Sequence record: SRR31156797_2902
DNA length: 49,296 bases
Direction: 5' to 3' (one strand)
The notes below the pieces were generated by a model, which ran no database searches, had not been told where the DNA came from, and saw only the letters and a list, made by a program, of their open reading frames with translations. The translations under genes were made by a program, and so were the position numbers. Below, piece by piece: positions 37,002 through 46,496 of this stretch. Each line of letters begins with the position of its first letter. Position 1 is the stretch's first letter.

Positions 37002-39425
37002 TTATTTCTTTGAACCGGATGATTTTGAGGTTTTTTTGGCGGATGACCTGGCTGCTTTCTTTTTGGTAATTGTTTTTTTAGCTGTAGATTTCTTTGCAGT
37101 TGCCGATTTACGTGCGGTGGCCTTTTTAGGACTTTTTTTATCGGCCGCCTCAACTATTTTCTGCACTTCATCAAAAGATAATGCTGCAGCATCGGTTCCT
37201 TTTGGTATCCGGTAATTTGATTTACCAATCGCAATGTATGGGCCCCAGCGGCCATTTAATACTTTTACATTTTCATCCTCATTAAAAACCTTAATGGTCC
37301 GCTCACGGTCCTTTTTACGCTTTTCTTCAATTAGCTCAATGGCCCGATCGGCATCGATTGTCATAGGGTCATCCTCCTTACCCAGTGAAACAAATTTGGA
37401 ATTATGCTTCACATATGGGCCAAACCGACCAATAGCAACTGTCATTTCCTCACCCTCGTATTGACCCACTGCCCTGGGAAATTTAAATAGTTCCAATGCA
37501 TCTTCCAGAGAAATGGAATCAAGTGACTGCCCCTTCCTAAGTGAAGCAAACCGTGGTTTTTCATCACTTTCAGTGTCACCAATCTGAACCATCGGTCCAA
37601 AACGGCCGATTTTTGCGAATACATTTTTCCCGGTATCAGGCTCCTGTCCAAGTAGCTTTTCGCCACTAAATTTTTCAGAATGCTCAATGGTATCCTCAAC
37701 AGTTTTGTGGAATGGCTGATAAAATTTATCAATCATGCTGTTCCACTCCTTTTGTCCCATAGCTATCTCATCAAACTCCTTCTCAACCTTTGCAGTGAAA
37801 TTGTAATCCATGATACTCACAAAATTCTGCATCAGGAATTTATTAACCACATTACCAATATCTGTGGGGACAAGCTTACCCTTGAGTTGTCCTGTTTTTT
37901 CTGTTTTAGCTGTGTTGCTAATTTTATCTTCCTTCAGGGTAAGTACTTCAAATTTTCGTTGAGCTCCTTCGCCCTCACCCTTTGCAACATATTCCCTTTT
38001 TTGAATTGTAGAAATAATTGGAGCATATGTTGATGGCCTGCCAATACCTAATTCTTCAAGCTTTTTTACCAGACTGGCTTCGGTAAACCTTGCCGGTGGT
38101 TGTGTAAAACGTTCTGCAGCATCAATCCTGGAGAGTGGTATTTCTTGCCCTTTTGTTAGCGGGGGGAGTACGCCAGCAGCTTCTTCCGGATTTTCATCGT
38201 CGGTTGACTCCAGGTAAACCTTCAGGAAACCATCGAACAAAAGCACTTCACCTTTTGCTGAGAATTTTTCTTTAGTTGTGGAAATATTAATGCTAACAAG
38301 TGTCCGTTCGAGCTTTGCATTGCTCATTTGAGACGCGATGGTTCTTTTCCAGATCAGGCTGTAGAGTCTTTGCTGATCATTGCTGCCGTCGATGTTTTCT
38401 GTGGTAAGGTATGTAGGCCTGATTGCCTCGTGGGCTTCCTGGGCTCCTTTGGATTTGGTAGCATATTTCCTTACCTTGTGGTACTCTTCGCCGTAAAGTT
38501 CAATGATCTGCTTTTTAGCCAGGTTTATAGCCAGGCTCGACAGGTTGACAGAGTCGGTTCTCATATAGGTAATCAATCCTGACTCATACAACTGCTGTGC
38601 AACCGACATTGTTTTTGAGACGCTAAAACCAAGCTTACGGCTGGCCTCCTGTTGCAAAGTTGAAGTTGTGAAAGGTGGTGCCGGTGATTTTTGTGCAGGT
38701 TTTTTCTCGATTGCACCAACTGTAAAATCAGCGCCAATACATTTATTGAGGAATTCAACGGCCTGGTCCCTGGCTTCAAACCTGGAAGGTAATTCAGCCT
38801 TTAAGATCGATGCACGTCCTGATTTTTGAACATTGAATTCGGCTGTTACACGATAGAAAGGCTTGACATCAAAACCTTTGATTTCTTCCTCCCGCTCAAC
38901 GATCAGTCGAACTGCTACTGACTGCACACGTCCTGCTGAAAGTGCCGGTTTAACTTTACGCCAGAGTACTGGTGACAATTCAAAACCTACCAGCCTGTCG
39001 AGCACACGACGCGCTTGTTGCGCATCAACAAGGTTTAGATCGATGGTTCTTGGTGCCTCGATTGCCTTTGTGATTGCTGTATCAGTAATTTCATGAAAAA
39101 CAATACGTTTGGTCTGATCTTTATTCAAACCCAGCGTTTCATATAAATGCCAAGAAATAGCCTCCCCCTCGCGGTCTTCATCAGTAGCCAGCCATACCAT
39201 TTCGGCTTTTTTGGCCAGTTTTTTCAATTCCGAAATCACTTTCTTTTTATCCTCTGAAATCACATAGTTTGGTTTAAAACCATTTTCGATATCTACTCCA
39301 AGTTGTTTTTTGGACAAATCACGAACGTGACCGAAACTTGATTTTACGGTATAATCCTTTCCCAAAAATCTTTCTATGGTTTTTGCTTTGGCAGGTGACT
39401 CAACGATTACGAGGTTTTTCGACAT
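37002..39425 (-). CDS. topA: DNA topoisomerase I
   Basis: 'NLVIVESPAKAKTI', 'ATDEDREGEAI', 'SAGRVQS', catalytic 'ITYMRTDS', 'AQEAHEAIRPT', 'GIGRPSTYA', GRFGP C-terminal repeats, Lys/Ala tail. Start ATG 39425, with TACATTTG at 39450-39457 (minus). Confidence 0.97.
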   Translation of the reverse strand: MSKNLVIVESPAKAKTIERFLGKDYTVKSSFGHVRDLSKKQLGVDIENGFKPNYVISEDKKKVISELKKLAKKAEMVWLATDEDREGEAISWHLYETLGLNKDQTKRIVFHEITDTAITKAIEAPRTIDLNLVDAQQARRVLDRLVGFELSPVLWRKVKPALSAGRVQSVAVRLIVEREEEIKGFDVKPFYRVTAEFNVQKSGRASILKAELPSRFEARDQAVEFLNKCIGADFTVGAIEKKPAQKSPAPPFTTSTLQQEASRKLGFSVSKTMSVAQQLYESGLITYMRTDSVNLSSLAINLAKKQIIELYGEEYHKVRKYATKSKGAQEAHEAIRPTYLTTENIDGSNDQQRLYSLIWKRTIASQMSNAKLERTLVSINISTTKEKFSAKGEVLLFDGFLKVYLESTDDENPEEAAGVLPPLTKGQEIPLSRIDAAERFTQPPARFTEASLVKKLEELGIGRPSTYAPIISTIQKREYVAKGEGEGAQRKFEVLTLKEDKISNTAKTEKTGQLKGKLVPTDIGNVVNKFLMQNFVSIMDYNFTAKVEKEFDEIAMGQKEWNSMIDKFYQPFHKTVEDTIEHSEKFSGEKLLGQEPDTGKNVFAKIGRFGPMVQIGDTESDEKPRFASLRKGQSLDSISLEDALELFKFPRAVGQYEGEEMTVAIGRFGPYVKHNSKFVSLGKEDDPMTIDADRAIELIEEKRKKDRERTIKVFNEDENVKVLNGRWGPYIAIGKSNYRIPKGTDAAALSFDEVQKIVEAADKKSPKKATARKSATAKKSTAKKTITKKKAARSSAKKTSKSSGSKK

Positions 39426-39584
39426 ACTGATGCTCCTTTTTTTTCGCGGCAAATGTAAAACAATTAATTTACTGAGGTCAATAACAAAACTTCAGCGGTA
39501 ATTGTTGAGCGGTTGATTTCATGGCCATATCCAGCCATTTTCAGGATTTCCATTCTGCACAGATCAAATCAGGGAATTGAATTG

Positions 39585-40256
39585 TTAAACGTTTGAAAGC
39601 ATGTTTCTCAGGTTATCGAACTTATGATGATAGTCTTCCATCGATCTTTTTATCACCTCCTGTGCTTCCTCAATACCATATGTATGAGTTATCTCTGCAT
39701 CGCGTTTCCATCCCGGCAGGTCTTTATAGGTTAGAAAATAATGTTTCAACCTGTTGATGACCATCAGGGAACAATCAGAAAGATCTTTGTATTCGCCATA
39801 AACTGCATCATTGTTAAGAACAGCAACAATTTTATCATCCGCCTCATTGCCGTCAATCATCCGGAAACCGCCAATTGGCCTGGCCAAAACAAGTATGTCT
39901 CCATGTGCAATGGTTTTCTCAGTGAGGATACAAATATCCAAAGGATCACGGTCGCCAACAATATCTGTTCGCCCGGTTTTTTCCATACAGAATTCGGCTA
40001 CCTTTTCAGCACAAAATGTTTGCGGTATAAACCCATACAGCGCAGGGATTACGTTTGAATATTTTTGAGGACGATCAATTTTCAGGTACCCAGACTCCTT
40101 ATCAATTTCGTATTTAACGGTATCTGTTGGAACCATCTCTATAAATGACGTGATTGTTTCAGGCGCATCATCACCGATTTCAACGCCATGCCACGGATGA
40201 GATTTGTATCTTAGTCCCATCAATTTACCAATGGGATCCATCAATTTATTGCTCAT
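39585..40256 (-). CDS. ppa: Inorganic pyrophosphatase (family I)
   Basis: 'HPWHG', 'KYEIDK', 'YGFIPQT', 'GDRDPLDI', 'DGNEADDKI', 'FLTYK'. Start ATG 40256, with TAACTTTG at 40283-40290 (minus). Confidence 0.93.
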   Translation of the reverse strand: MSNKLMDPIGKLMGLRYKSHPWHGVEIGDDAPETITSFIEMVPTDTVKYEIDKESGYLKIDRPQKYSNVIPALYGFIPQTFCAEKVAEFCMEKTGRTDIVGDRDPLDICILTEKTIAHGDILVLARPIGGFRMIDGNEADDKIVAVLNNDAVYGEYKDLSDCSLMVINRLKHYFLTYKDLPGWKRDAEITHTYGIEEAQEVIKRSMEDYHHKFDNLRNMLSNV

Positions 40257-40411
40257 TATAATTTTGCTTTTGGATTGATTAGCAAAGTTAGGCATAATCA
40301 TCGATTTAAAAGGAAAATCCCAATTTTCCCCAATGATCAAAAAATTAGTGATTTTGACAAATAAAACTATTTTTGCACTCCGATAAAGTAGGTTCTTACA
40401 AGAATAAGGAT

Positions 40412-41209
40412 ATGAAAAAAACTCTTGAATATTTACCCAGGCTAATTTTTCTTTTCGCCGTTTTTGCAATTCTTTTCTCGTCATGTGTCCCTATGAAAAG
40501 GATTGAATACCTCCAACAGGAAGTGGGTAAAAATGATACCATCCGTACGCATTTTAAAACTGATCTCACGGATTACAGGATTCAGCCGGGTGATAACCTT
40601 TATATCAATGTGAAAAGTGTTTTAGCAACATCTGAAAATATTTTTGCAGAGGACAATGCACGATCAGGAAATAGTTACTACTCTGATGCCGGGATTTATC
40701 TGAATAGTTACCTGGTTTCAAATGAAGGTTTTATCGATTTTCCTTTTGTTGGTAAAGTATATGTTAAAGAACTGACTATAGAAGAAACCAAGGAATTAAT
40801 TTCTAATATAGTTAAGGATTATATTAAAGAGTCCACTGTAAACGTTAGGCTTGCCCTTTTCAATATTACAGCTTTGGGGGAAATTAACAGACAAGGACAA
40901 ATCAATATTTACCAAAATCGAGTGAATATTTTCGAAGCCATCGCCATGGCCGGGGATATGACCTCTTTTGCAAGAAGAGATGATGTGATCTTAATTCGAA
41001 AAACAGAAAACGGCTCCAAAACAGCAAAATTGAACCTTAATAAAGCAGATGTAATCGAATCAGAATATTACTATATTCAGCCAAACGATATTATTTATGT
41101 CCCTCCAATAAAGGGACGAAACTTTGCCTTCTCTCAATTTCCTTATGCACTTGTATTTTCAACCATTTCAACAACCTTACTTTTAATTAATTTTTTCCAA
41201 AATAACTAA
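40412..41209 (+). CDS. wza: Polysaccharide export lipoprotein (Wza/OPX family)
   Basis: Lipobox 'FSSC', 'YRIQPGDNL', 'GFIDFPFVG', 'EAIAMAGD', 'QPNDIIYV'. Start ATG 40412, with TATTTTTG at 40368-40375. Confidence 0.9.
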   Translation: MKKTLEYLPRLIFLFAVFAILFSSCVPMKRIEYLQQEVGKNDTIRTHFKTDLTDYRIQPGDNLYINVKSVLATSENIFAEDNARSGNSYYSDAGIYLNSYLVSNEGFIDFPFVGKVYVKELTIEETKELISNIVKDYIKESTVNVRLALFNITALGEINRQGQINIYQNRVNIFEAIAMAGDMTSFARRDDVILIRKTENGSKTAKLNLNKADVIESEYYYIQPNDIIYVPPIKGRNFAFSQFPYALVFSTISTTLLLINFFQNN

Positions 41210-41217
41210 TTCTTCAA

Positions 41218-43683
41218 GTGGATTCAAATTTCAATAATATTCAACAGCAACTAAACCAGGAAGAGTCGATTGACATCAAAGCGTTGTTCTTCAAGTTCTT
41301 CAGGTTTTGGTATTTCTTTGCATTAACCGTTTTTGTTGCCCTTGTGATTGCCTTTTTATTTAATAAATACACCAAACCTGTGTTTGAGGTTAAAACCACT
41401 GTCCTTATCAAAGATGACAGGTCCAGTCAACACCTCATTGGTATTGGCATCATGAACAACCAGCAAAACCTTGAGAATGAAATGGGAATCATCAATTCCT
41501 ATTCACTTGCTGAACGTACTATCAACAACCTTGATTTTGAGATCTCCTATTTCGAAGAAGATAATTTCATATCAAAAGAACTTTATAGATCTTCCCCGAT
41601 CAGGGTGGCTATGGATGAAGAACATGTTCAACCCAAAAACATTAAGTTTAATGTCTTCATTTTAAGCAATCTTAAATACCGGTTAACTGTCCAGACTGAA
41701 AAAGCTTCGTTGTATAATTTTTCTACCAAGGAGGATGCCGGCGATATTGAGGAGTCAATCATCATCAATGAGGAATACAAATTTGGGGATGTTGTAGAGT
41801 CGGATCTGTTTAAATTTACCATTTATCTAACAGAAAATTTCAGCGACAAGTATTTCGATAAAAACCTTTCATTCCTGTTTAATGATTATAAAGGCCTAAT
41901 TGCAACATTCCGCAGCACACAGTTGGAACCCATTAATCGTGAAGCTTCAATAATTGAAATTTCGATAAAAGGAGGAAATAAAGAAAAACTGCGTGATTAC
42001 CTGAATGAATTGTCAAACCAATACCTGCTAAGAGGCATTGAGAAGAAGAACCAGATTGCTGAGAACACAATCAAATTTATTGATTCAGAACTGATAGATA
42101 TTACAGATTCACTCAATTTTGCTGAGACCAAGCTTCAGGATTTCAGGGTTAATAATGAGGTGATGAGCCTTGATTTTAAAGCCAACCAGGTATTTGGAAT
42201 GATGCAACAGCTTGAAGAAGAAAAAGCACAATTGACCTTAAAGGCAAGGTATTACAAAAACCTCCAGGATTATCTCAGCAAAAACAAAGAAAACATTGAT
42301 GACATTGTAATCCCTTCTTCCATGGGTATAGAAGACCCGCTTCTAACCCAATTGATAAGCGGCCTGGCGGAATTATATTCTGAAAGGGCAAATACACTTT
42401 TTAATACAACCGAAAAGAACCCTGCCGTTGCAGCAATTGACCAGCGCATCAGGACAACCAAAAGGACCATTCTGGAGAATATTCAAAATATCATCAACAC
42501 ATCCGAAATTTCAATTCAGGACATTGATGAGCGGATTGCCAGCCTTGACAAAGAGGTGAACAAACTTCCGGAAACCCAACGACAATTGTTTGGCATCGAA
42601 CGTAAGTTTAAACTCAATGACGCCTTATATACTTACCTGCTGCAGAAGCGATCTGAAGCTCAAATTGCAAAAGCTTCAAATCTTCCGGAAAATGAAATTG
42701 TTGACCAGGCTCGTGGCGGTTCACAGGTTTACCCCAAGAAAAGCCTGAACTATCTAATAGCACTGGTTCTTGGCCTGGTATTACCGGTAGTCTACATTTT
42801 AGGAAAGGACTATTTCAACGATAAGATCATTGAACGCAAGGATATCGAAAAAATGACCAATTTGCCAATTCTCGGGCATATCATACATAATAATAAAGAG
42901 ACTGCACTTGTGGTTTCTGAATCTCCAAAATCATCTATTGCTGAATCTTTCCGGTCAGTCCGTACAAATCTGCAATACCTGACTCAGGGCAAACAACAAC
43001 AAACCATTCTGGTTACAGCTGATATGGTTGGGGCCGGTAAAACATTTGTGTCTATCAACCTGGCATGTATTTTTGCCATGTACGATAAAAAAACTCTTCT
43101 GATGGGCTACGACCTCAGGAAACCGAAAATCTACCAGGATTTTGGTTTAACGAATACTGAAGGTATCAGCTCATACCTGATCAACAAGAGCAGCTATGAG
43201 GACATAATACAAAAATCCCCGGTGCCGAACCTGGATATTATCATGGCCGGTCCTGTTCCGCCCAACCCTGCTGAACTCATCGGATCTGAGCACAATGATG
43301 AACTTATGGAGCAGGTTAAAAAGGATTACGATTACGTTATAATAGACACGCCACCTGTTGGACTTGTAACAGATGCGTTCCTGCTGATGAAATATACGGA
43401 TGCAAACCTTTTCCTTATCCGCCAGAACTATACCAACAAAAAAGTTTTCGAATCCATCATCAAGGATGTGGAAAACCGGAAGATGTCGAATATCTACCTC
43501 TTGGTGAACGATGTTAAACTTGGCAAAGGCTCCTATGGTTATGGATACGGTTATGGATACGGTTATGGTTATGGATATGGCTACGGTTACGGATATGGGT
43601 ATGGATATGGATACGGCTATTACTCAGATGACGATGATACCGATAAGAAATCCGTTTTCAGAAAGATCTTCGGAAAAGCGTAA
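41218..43683 (+). CDS. wzc: Polysaccharide co-polymerase / BY tyrosine autokinase
   Basis: Two TM helices, coiled-coil periplasmic region, 'AESFRSVRTNL', Walker A 'GAGKT', A' 'DLRKP', 'PPNPAEL', Walker B 'IIDTPP', C-terminal Tyr cluster. Confidence 0.93.
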   Translation: MDSNFNNIQQQLNQEESIDIKALFFKFFRFWYFFALTVFVALVIAFLFNKYTKPVFEVKTTVLIKDDRSSQHLIGIGIMNNQQNLENEMGIINSYSLAERTINNLDFEISYFEEDNFISKELYRSSPIRVAMDEEHVQPKNIKFNVFILSNLKYRLTVQTEKASLYNFSTKEDAGDIEESIIINEEYKFGDVVESDLFKFTIYLTENFSDKYFDKNLSFLFNDYKGLIATFRSTQLEPINREASIIEISIKGGNKEKLRDYLNELSNQYLLRGIEKKNQIAENTIKFIDSELIDITDSLNFAETKLQDFRVNNEVMSLDFKANQVFGMMQQLEEEKAQLTLKARYYKNLQDYLSKNKENIDDIVIPSSMGIEDPLLTQLISGLAELYSERANTLFNTTEKNPAVAAIDQRIRTTKRTILENIQNIINTSEISIQDIDERIASLDKEVNKLPETQRQLFGIERKFKLNDALYTYLLQKRSEAQIAKASNLPENEIVDQARGGSQVYPKKSLNYLIALVLGLVLPVVYILGKDYFNDKIIERKDIEKMTNLPILGHIIHNNKETALVVSESPKSSIAESFRSVRTNLQYLTQGKQQQTILVTADMVGAGKTFVSINLACIFAMYDKKTLLMGYDLRKPKIYQDFGLTNTEGISSYLINKSSYEDIIQKSPVPNLDIIMAGPVPPNPAELIGSEHNDELMEQVKKDYDYVIIDTPPVGLVTDAFLLMKYTDANLFLIRQNYTNKKVFESIIKDVENRKMSNIYLLVNDVKLGKGSYGYGYGYGYGYGYGYGYGYGYGYGYGYGYYSDDDDTDKKSVFRKIFGKA
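43534..43623 (+). repeat. (Tyr-Gly)14-Tyr-Tyr coding repeat (TAYGGN x14)
   Basis: Read directly: tatggt tatgga tacggt tatgga tacggt tatggt tatgga tatggc tacggt tacgga tatggg tatgga tatgga tacggc tattac. Confidence 0.95.
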
Positions 43684-43691
43684 ATCAGAAC

Positions 43692-44840
43692 TTAGTCAAG
43701 TATTTCCGAAACAATTCCACTAAACATTGTAACACCTGTTGAAATAATTTCATCGGGGAAATCATAATCCGGATTATGAAGGGAAGGATGATTTTCACCT
43801 GATCCAATGCCAAACAAAGCACCCGGATAATCCCTTGTAAAGTAACCAAAATCCTCTGACCATCGAAAGGTACCATCAGGGGCTTTAAGCACAAAGTTAT
43901 TTTCTAAGGCAATCTTTTTAATAATGTTGGTTGATTCTATATTATTAATTGTTGCCGGAAACTCTTCCTGCCACTCAGTTTTCAATTCCAGGCCATGTTT
44001 ATCAGCGGTTTTTTCAACCAGTTCAACAGCCTGCTTCGTAAGTAAAGCCATATCATCATTACGAAAACTCCGAAGCGTAGCCCTTACTTCGGCATACCCT
44101 GGAGTTGTTCCAAAAGCAATTTCTCCAATTTGTGTATGTATTACTGTAATCAATTTAAAATCCCGATAATCATTCTTTGATGCTGAAATCCCGGATAACC
44201 CCTGGATAATTTCAGCAACTGCGAGTGCCGGACTAATTCCCAACTTAGGGTTTGCGGCGTGGGATGTTTTCCCAAATAACTTCGTCGTCATGCCCTTTGA
44301 TGCAGCGGCGAAACTTCCTTCCTTTATAACAATTGAAGACGCGTTAAATCCCGGAAGATTATGAAAAGCGAAAACATAATCAGGCTCAATATTTTTGAAT
44401 TTCGGATCATTCAAAACCAATTTTGCCCCCTCACCTGTTTCCTCAGAGGGTTGGAACAACAATACTACCCGGCCTTTTTCAGGCCTGTTTTCAAATAAAG
44501 TTGTCGCCAACCCGCAAAGTACAGTCGTATGGCCATCATGGCCACACTTGTGACCAACACCCTGATTTACTGATTTGTGGGCAAAATCATTGATTTCCTG
44601 AATTGGCAATGCGTCAATGTCGGCTCTGATCAAAACTGTTTTGCCAGGTGAATTTCCATGATAAATGGCGGCAAGACCAGTTCCACCCAATCCTTCAATT
44701 ATTTCATCAGGTTGATGGTTTAAAAGGAATTCTTTTATTTTCTTTGCAGTTTTATGCTCTTTTTTAGAAAGTTCAGGATACTTATGTAAATATTTTCGAA
44801 AGGCAATTAAACTATTCAGGATGTCGTTTGAAAGAGTCAT
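43692..44840 (-). CDS. M20D family amidohydrolase
   Basis: 'LHKYPELS..E', 'RADIDALP', 'HKCGHDGH', 'FQPSEE', 'HNLPG', 'SEDF', 'LHNPDY'. Confidence 0.93.
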   Translation of the reverse strand: MTLSNDILNSLIAFRKYLHKYPELSKKEHKTAKKIKEFLLNHQPDEIIEGLGGTGLAAIYHGNSPGKTVLIRADIDALPIQEINDFAHKSVNQGVGHKCGHDGHTTVLCGLATTLFENRPEKGRVVLLFQPSEETGEGAKLVLNDPKFKNIEPDYVFAFHNLPGFNASSIVIKEGSFAAASKGMTTKLFGKTSHAANPKLGISPALAVAEIIQGLSGISASKNDYRDFKLITVIHTQIGEIAFGTTPGYAEVRATLRSFRNDDMALLTKQAVELVEKTADKHGLELKTEWQEEFPATINNIESTNIIKKIALENNFVLKAPDGTFRWSEDFGYFTRDYPGALFGIGSGENHPSLHNPDYDFPDEIISTGVTMFSGIVSEILD

Positions 44841-44899
44841 AAAAATGATGGCTTTGTATCTTTTATTTGTATTTGCTAAAATTAAATAAATTCAAAAAA

Positions 44900-45880
44900 A
44901 TGAACAAGCTCTATCCATTAAAGTTCAGGCCCAGGTTCAGGGATAAAATCTGGGGAGGAAATAAAATAAACAGCGTTTTAAACCTGGATTATGGCGATCT
45001 GCCAAATTGTGGCGAAGCCTGGGTGTTATCCGGAGTTAAAGATAACGAAACCGAAGTAGCTGAAGGATTCCTTGAAGGAAACGAATTGAACGAGCTTGTT
45101 GAAGTTTACATGGACGACCTGGTTGGAGGGAAGGTTTATGACCACTATAAAAATGAATTTCCGATCCTGGTGAAATTTATCGATGCCAACAACTGGCTTT
45201 CCATCCAGGTGCACCCGGATGATGATCTGGCCCAAAAACGTGGATTGGGAAACGGTAAAACCGAAATGTGGTATATCATTAGTGCCGAGGAAAAATCGGA
45301 ACTGATTTCGGGATTCAGCAAAAAGGTAAATCAAAAAACCTACGTTGACCATTTAAATAACGGCACCATCAAAGACATCATGAACTTTGAAAAAGTGGAA
45401 GCCGGAGACATTTTTTATATGCCGGCCGGACGCGTACATGCCCTGGGCCCTGGCATCCTGCTTGCCGAAATCCAACAAACTTCGGATACGACATACCGGA
45501 TTTATGACTGGGACAGGGTTGACGATGAGGGGAATTCCAGGGACCTGCACACCCAAGAAGCCCTTGAAGCCCTTGACTATAACGTTTATGATGATTACAA
45601 AACTACCTACCCGATGGTGAAAAATGAAACAGCAAGGGCAGTCAGTGAAAAATATTTCACAACCAATGTAATTCATCTGGATAAACCACTTAAAAAAAAT
45701 TATGAGGAGTTGGATTCATTTGTGATTTACACCTGCGTACAGGGCAGTATGAAAATAAAATACCCCGAAGGCATGACTGATTTAAAAATGGGCGAAAGTT
45801 TGCTGATACCTAATTTGGTCGTCGACATTGAAATCCTACCTTCGAATGAATCTAAATTACTGGAAACATTCATTTTATAA
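44900..45880 (+). CDS. manA: Mannose-6-phosphate isomerase, class I
   Basis: 'KIWGG', 'GEAW', 'FPILVKFIDA', 'LSIQVHPDD', 'GKTEMWY', 'GRVHA', 'EIQQTSD.TYR.YD'. Start ATG 44900. Confidence 0.93.
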   Translation: MNKLYPLKFRPRFRDKIWGGNKINSVLNLDYGDLPNCGEAWVLSGVKDNETEVAEGFLEGNELNELVEVYMDDLVGGKVYDHYKNEFPILVKFIDANNWLSIQVHPDDDLAQKRGLGNGKTEMWYIISAEEKSELISGFSKKVNQKTYVDHLNNGTIKDIMNFEKVEAGDIFYMPAGRVHALGPGILLAEIQQTSDTTYRIYDWDRVDDEGNSRDLHTQEALEALDYNVYDDYKTTYPMVKNETARAVSEKYFTTNVIHLDKPLKKNYEELDSFVIYTCVQGSMKIKYPEGMTDLKMGESLLIPNLVVDIEILPSNESKLLETFIL

Positions 45881-45903
45881 CTGTTAATTCCATTTGAATA
45901 TTT

Positions 45904-45911
45904 TAATTTTG
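45904..45911 (+). promoter_or_regulatory. Bacteroidota -7 element (TAATTTTG) for the TlpA-DUF6029-Omp28 operon
   Basis: Exact TAnnTTTG about 35 nt upstream of ATG 45946. Confidence 0.55.
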
Positions 45912-45945
45912 AACTCGAATTATTTAAATATATAAATCTTTAACT

Positions 45946-46467
45946 ATGAGAAATTATTTGCTTGCACTGGCTTTACTGGCCTTTACAACCGCTACATTTG
46001 CGCAAGAAGAAACTAAAGCACTTTTTAAACTGCCGGAAGTTGCAGTTAAAAATCTTAATGGTGAGCCCTTTAACACCAGTGAAATAGATAATGACGGAAA
46101 TCCAATCATCATGACCTTCTGGGCAACCTGGTGCAAACCCTGTATGAAAGAGCATGATGCCATCAATGAAGTTTACGAAGAATGGGTTGATGAAACAGGG
46201 GTAAAACTTTATGCCATCTCCATCGATAATGCCCGTTCGAGTAAACGCGTGCTTCCAACAGTTAATGGCAAAGGATGGGAATTTGATGTATTGCTTGATC
46301 CAAACGGCGATCTCAAACGGGCCATGAACGTTAACATTCCTCCACATACTTTCATCATTGATGGCAATGGAAATATAGTTTGGCAACACATTGGCTACCT
46401 TGAAGGCGATGAAGTGGAATACATCGAAATAGTTGAAAAAGTAATAGCCGGGGAAAGTATTGAATAA
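45946..46467 (+). CDS. TlpA/ResA-like periplasmic thioredoxin-fold disulfide reductase
   Basis: Sec signal (A-F-A), 'FWATWCKPC', 'AISID', 'LLDPN', cis-Pro loop 'IPPHTFIIDGNG'. Confidence 0.93.
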   Translation: MRNYLLALALLAFTTATFAQEETKALFKLPEVAVKNLNGEPFNTSEIDNDGNPIIMTFWATWCKPCMKEHDAINEVYEEWVDETGVKLYAISIDNARSSKRVLPTVNGKGWEFDVLLDPNGDLKRAMNVNIPPHTFIIDGNGNIVWQHIGYLEGDEVEYIEIVEKVIAGESIE

Positions 46468-46496
46468 ATTCTCTCATCAACCAAAAACAATCTAAA

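Noticed and set aside
40257-40484. Long N-terminal ORF extensions (ppa to 40484; similarly BASS to 16649, SDR to 26774, uvrA from 5375, hicA from 10933)
   Set aside because: The extensions cross promoter elements or overlap divergent genes; downstream ATGs match the expected family N-termini.
43534-43623. 6-bp periodic repeat as a CRISPR array or phase-variable SSR
   Set aside because: No spacers; it is an in-frame coding YG repeat with synonymous variation.
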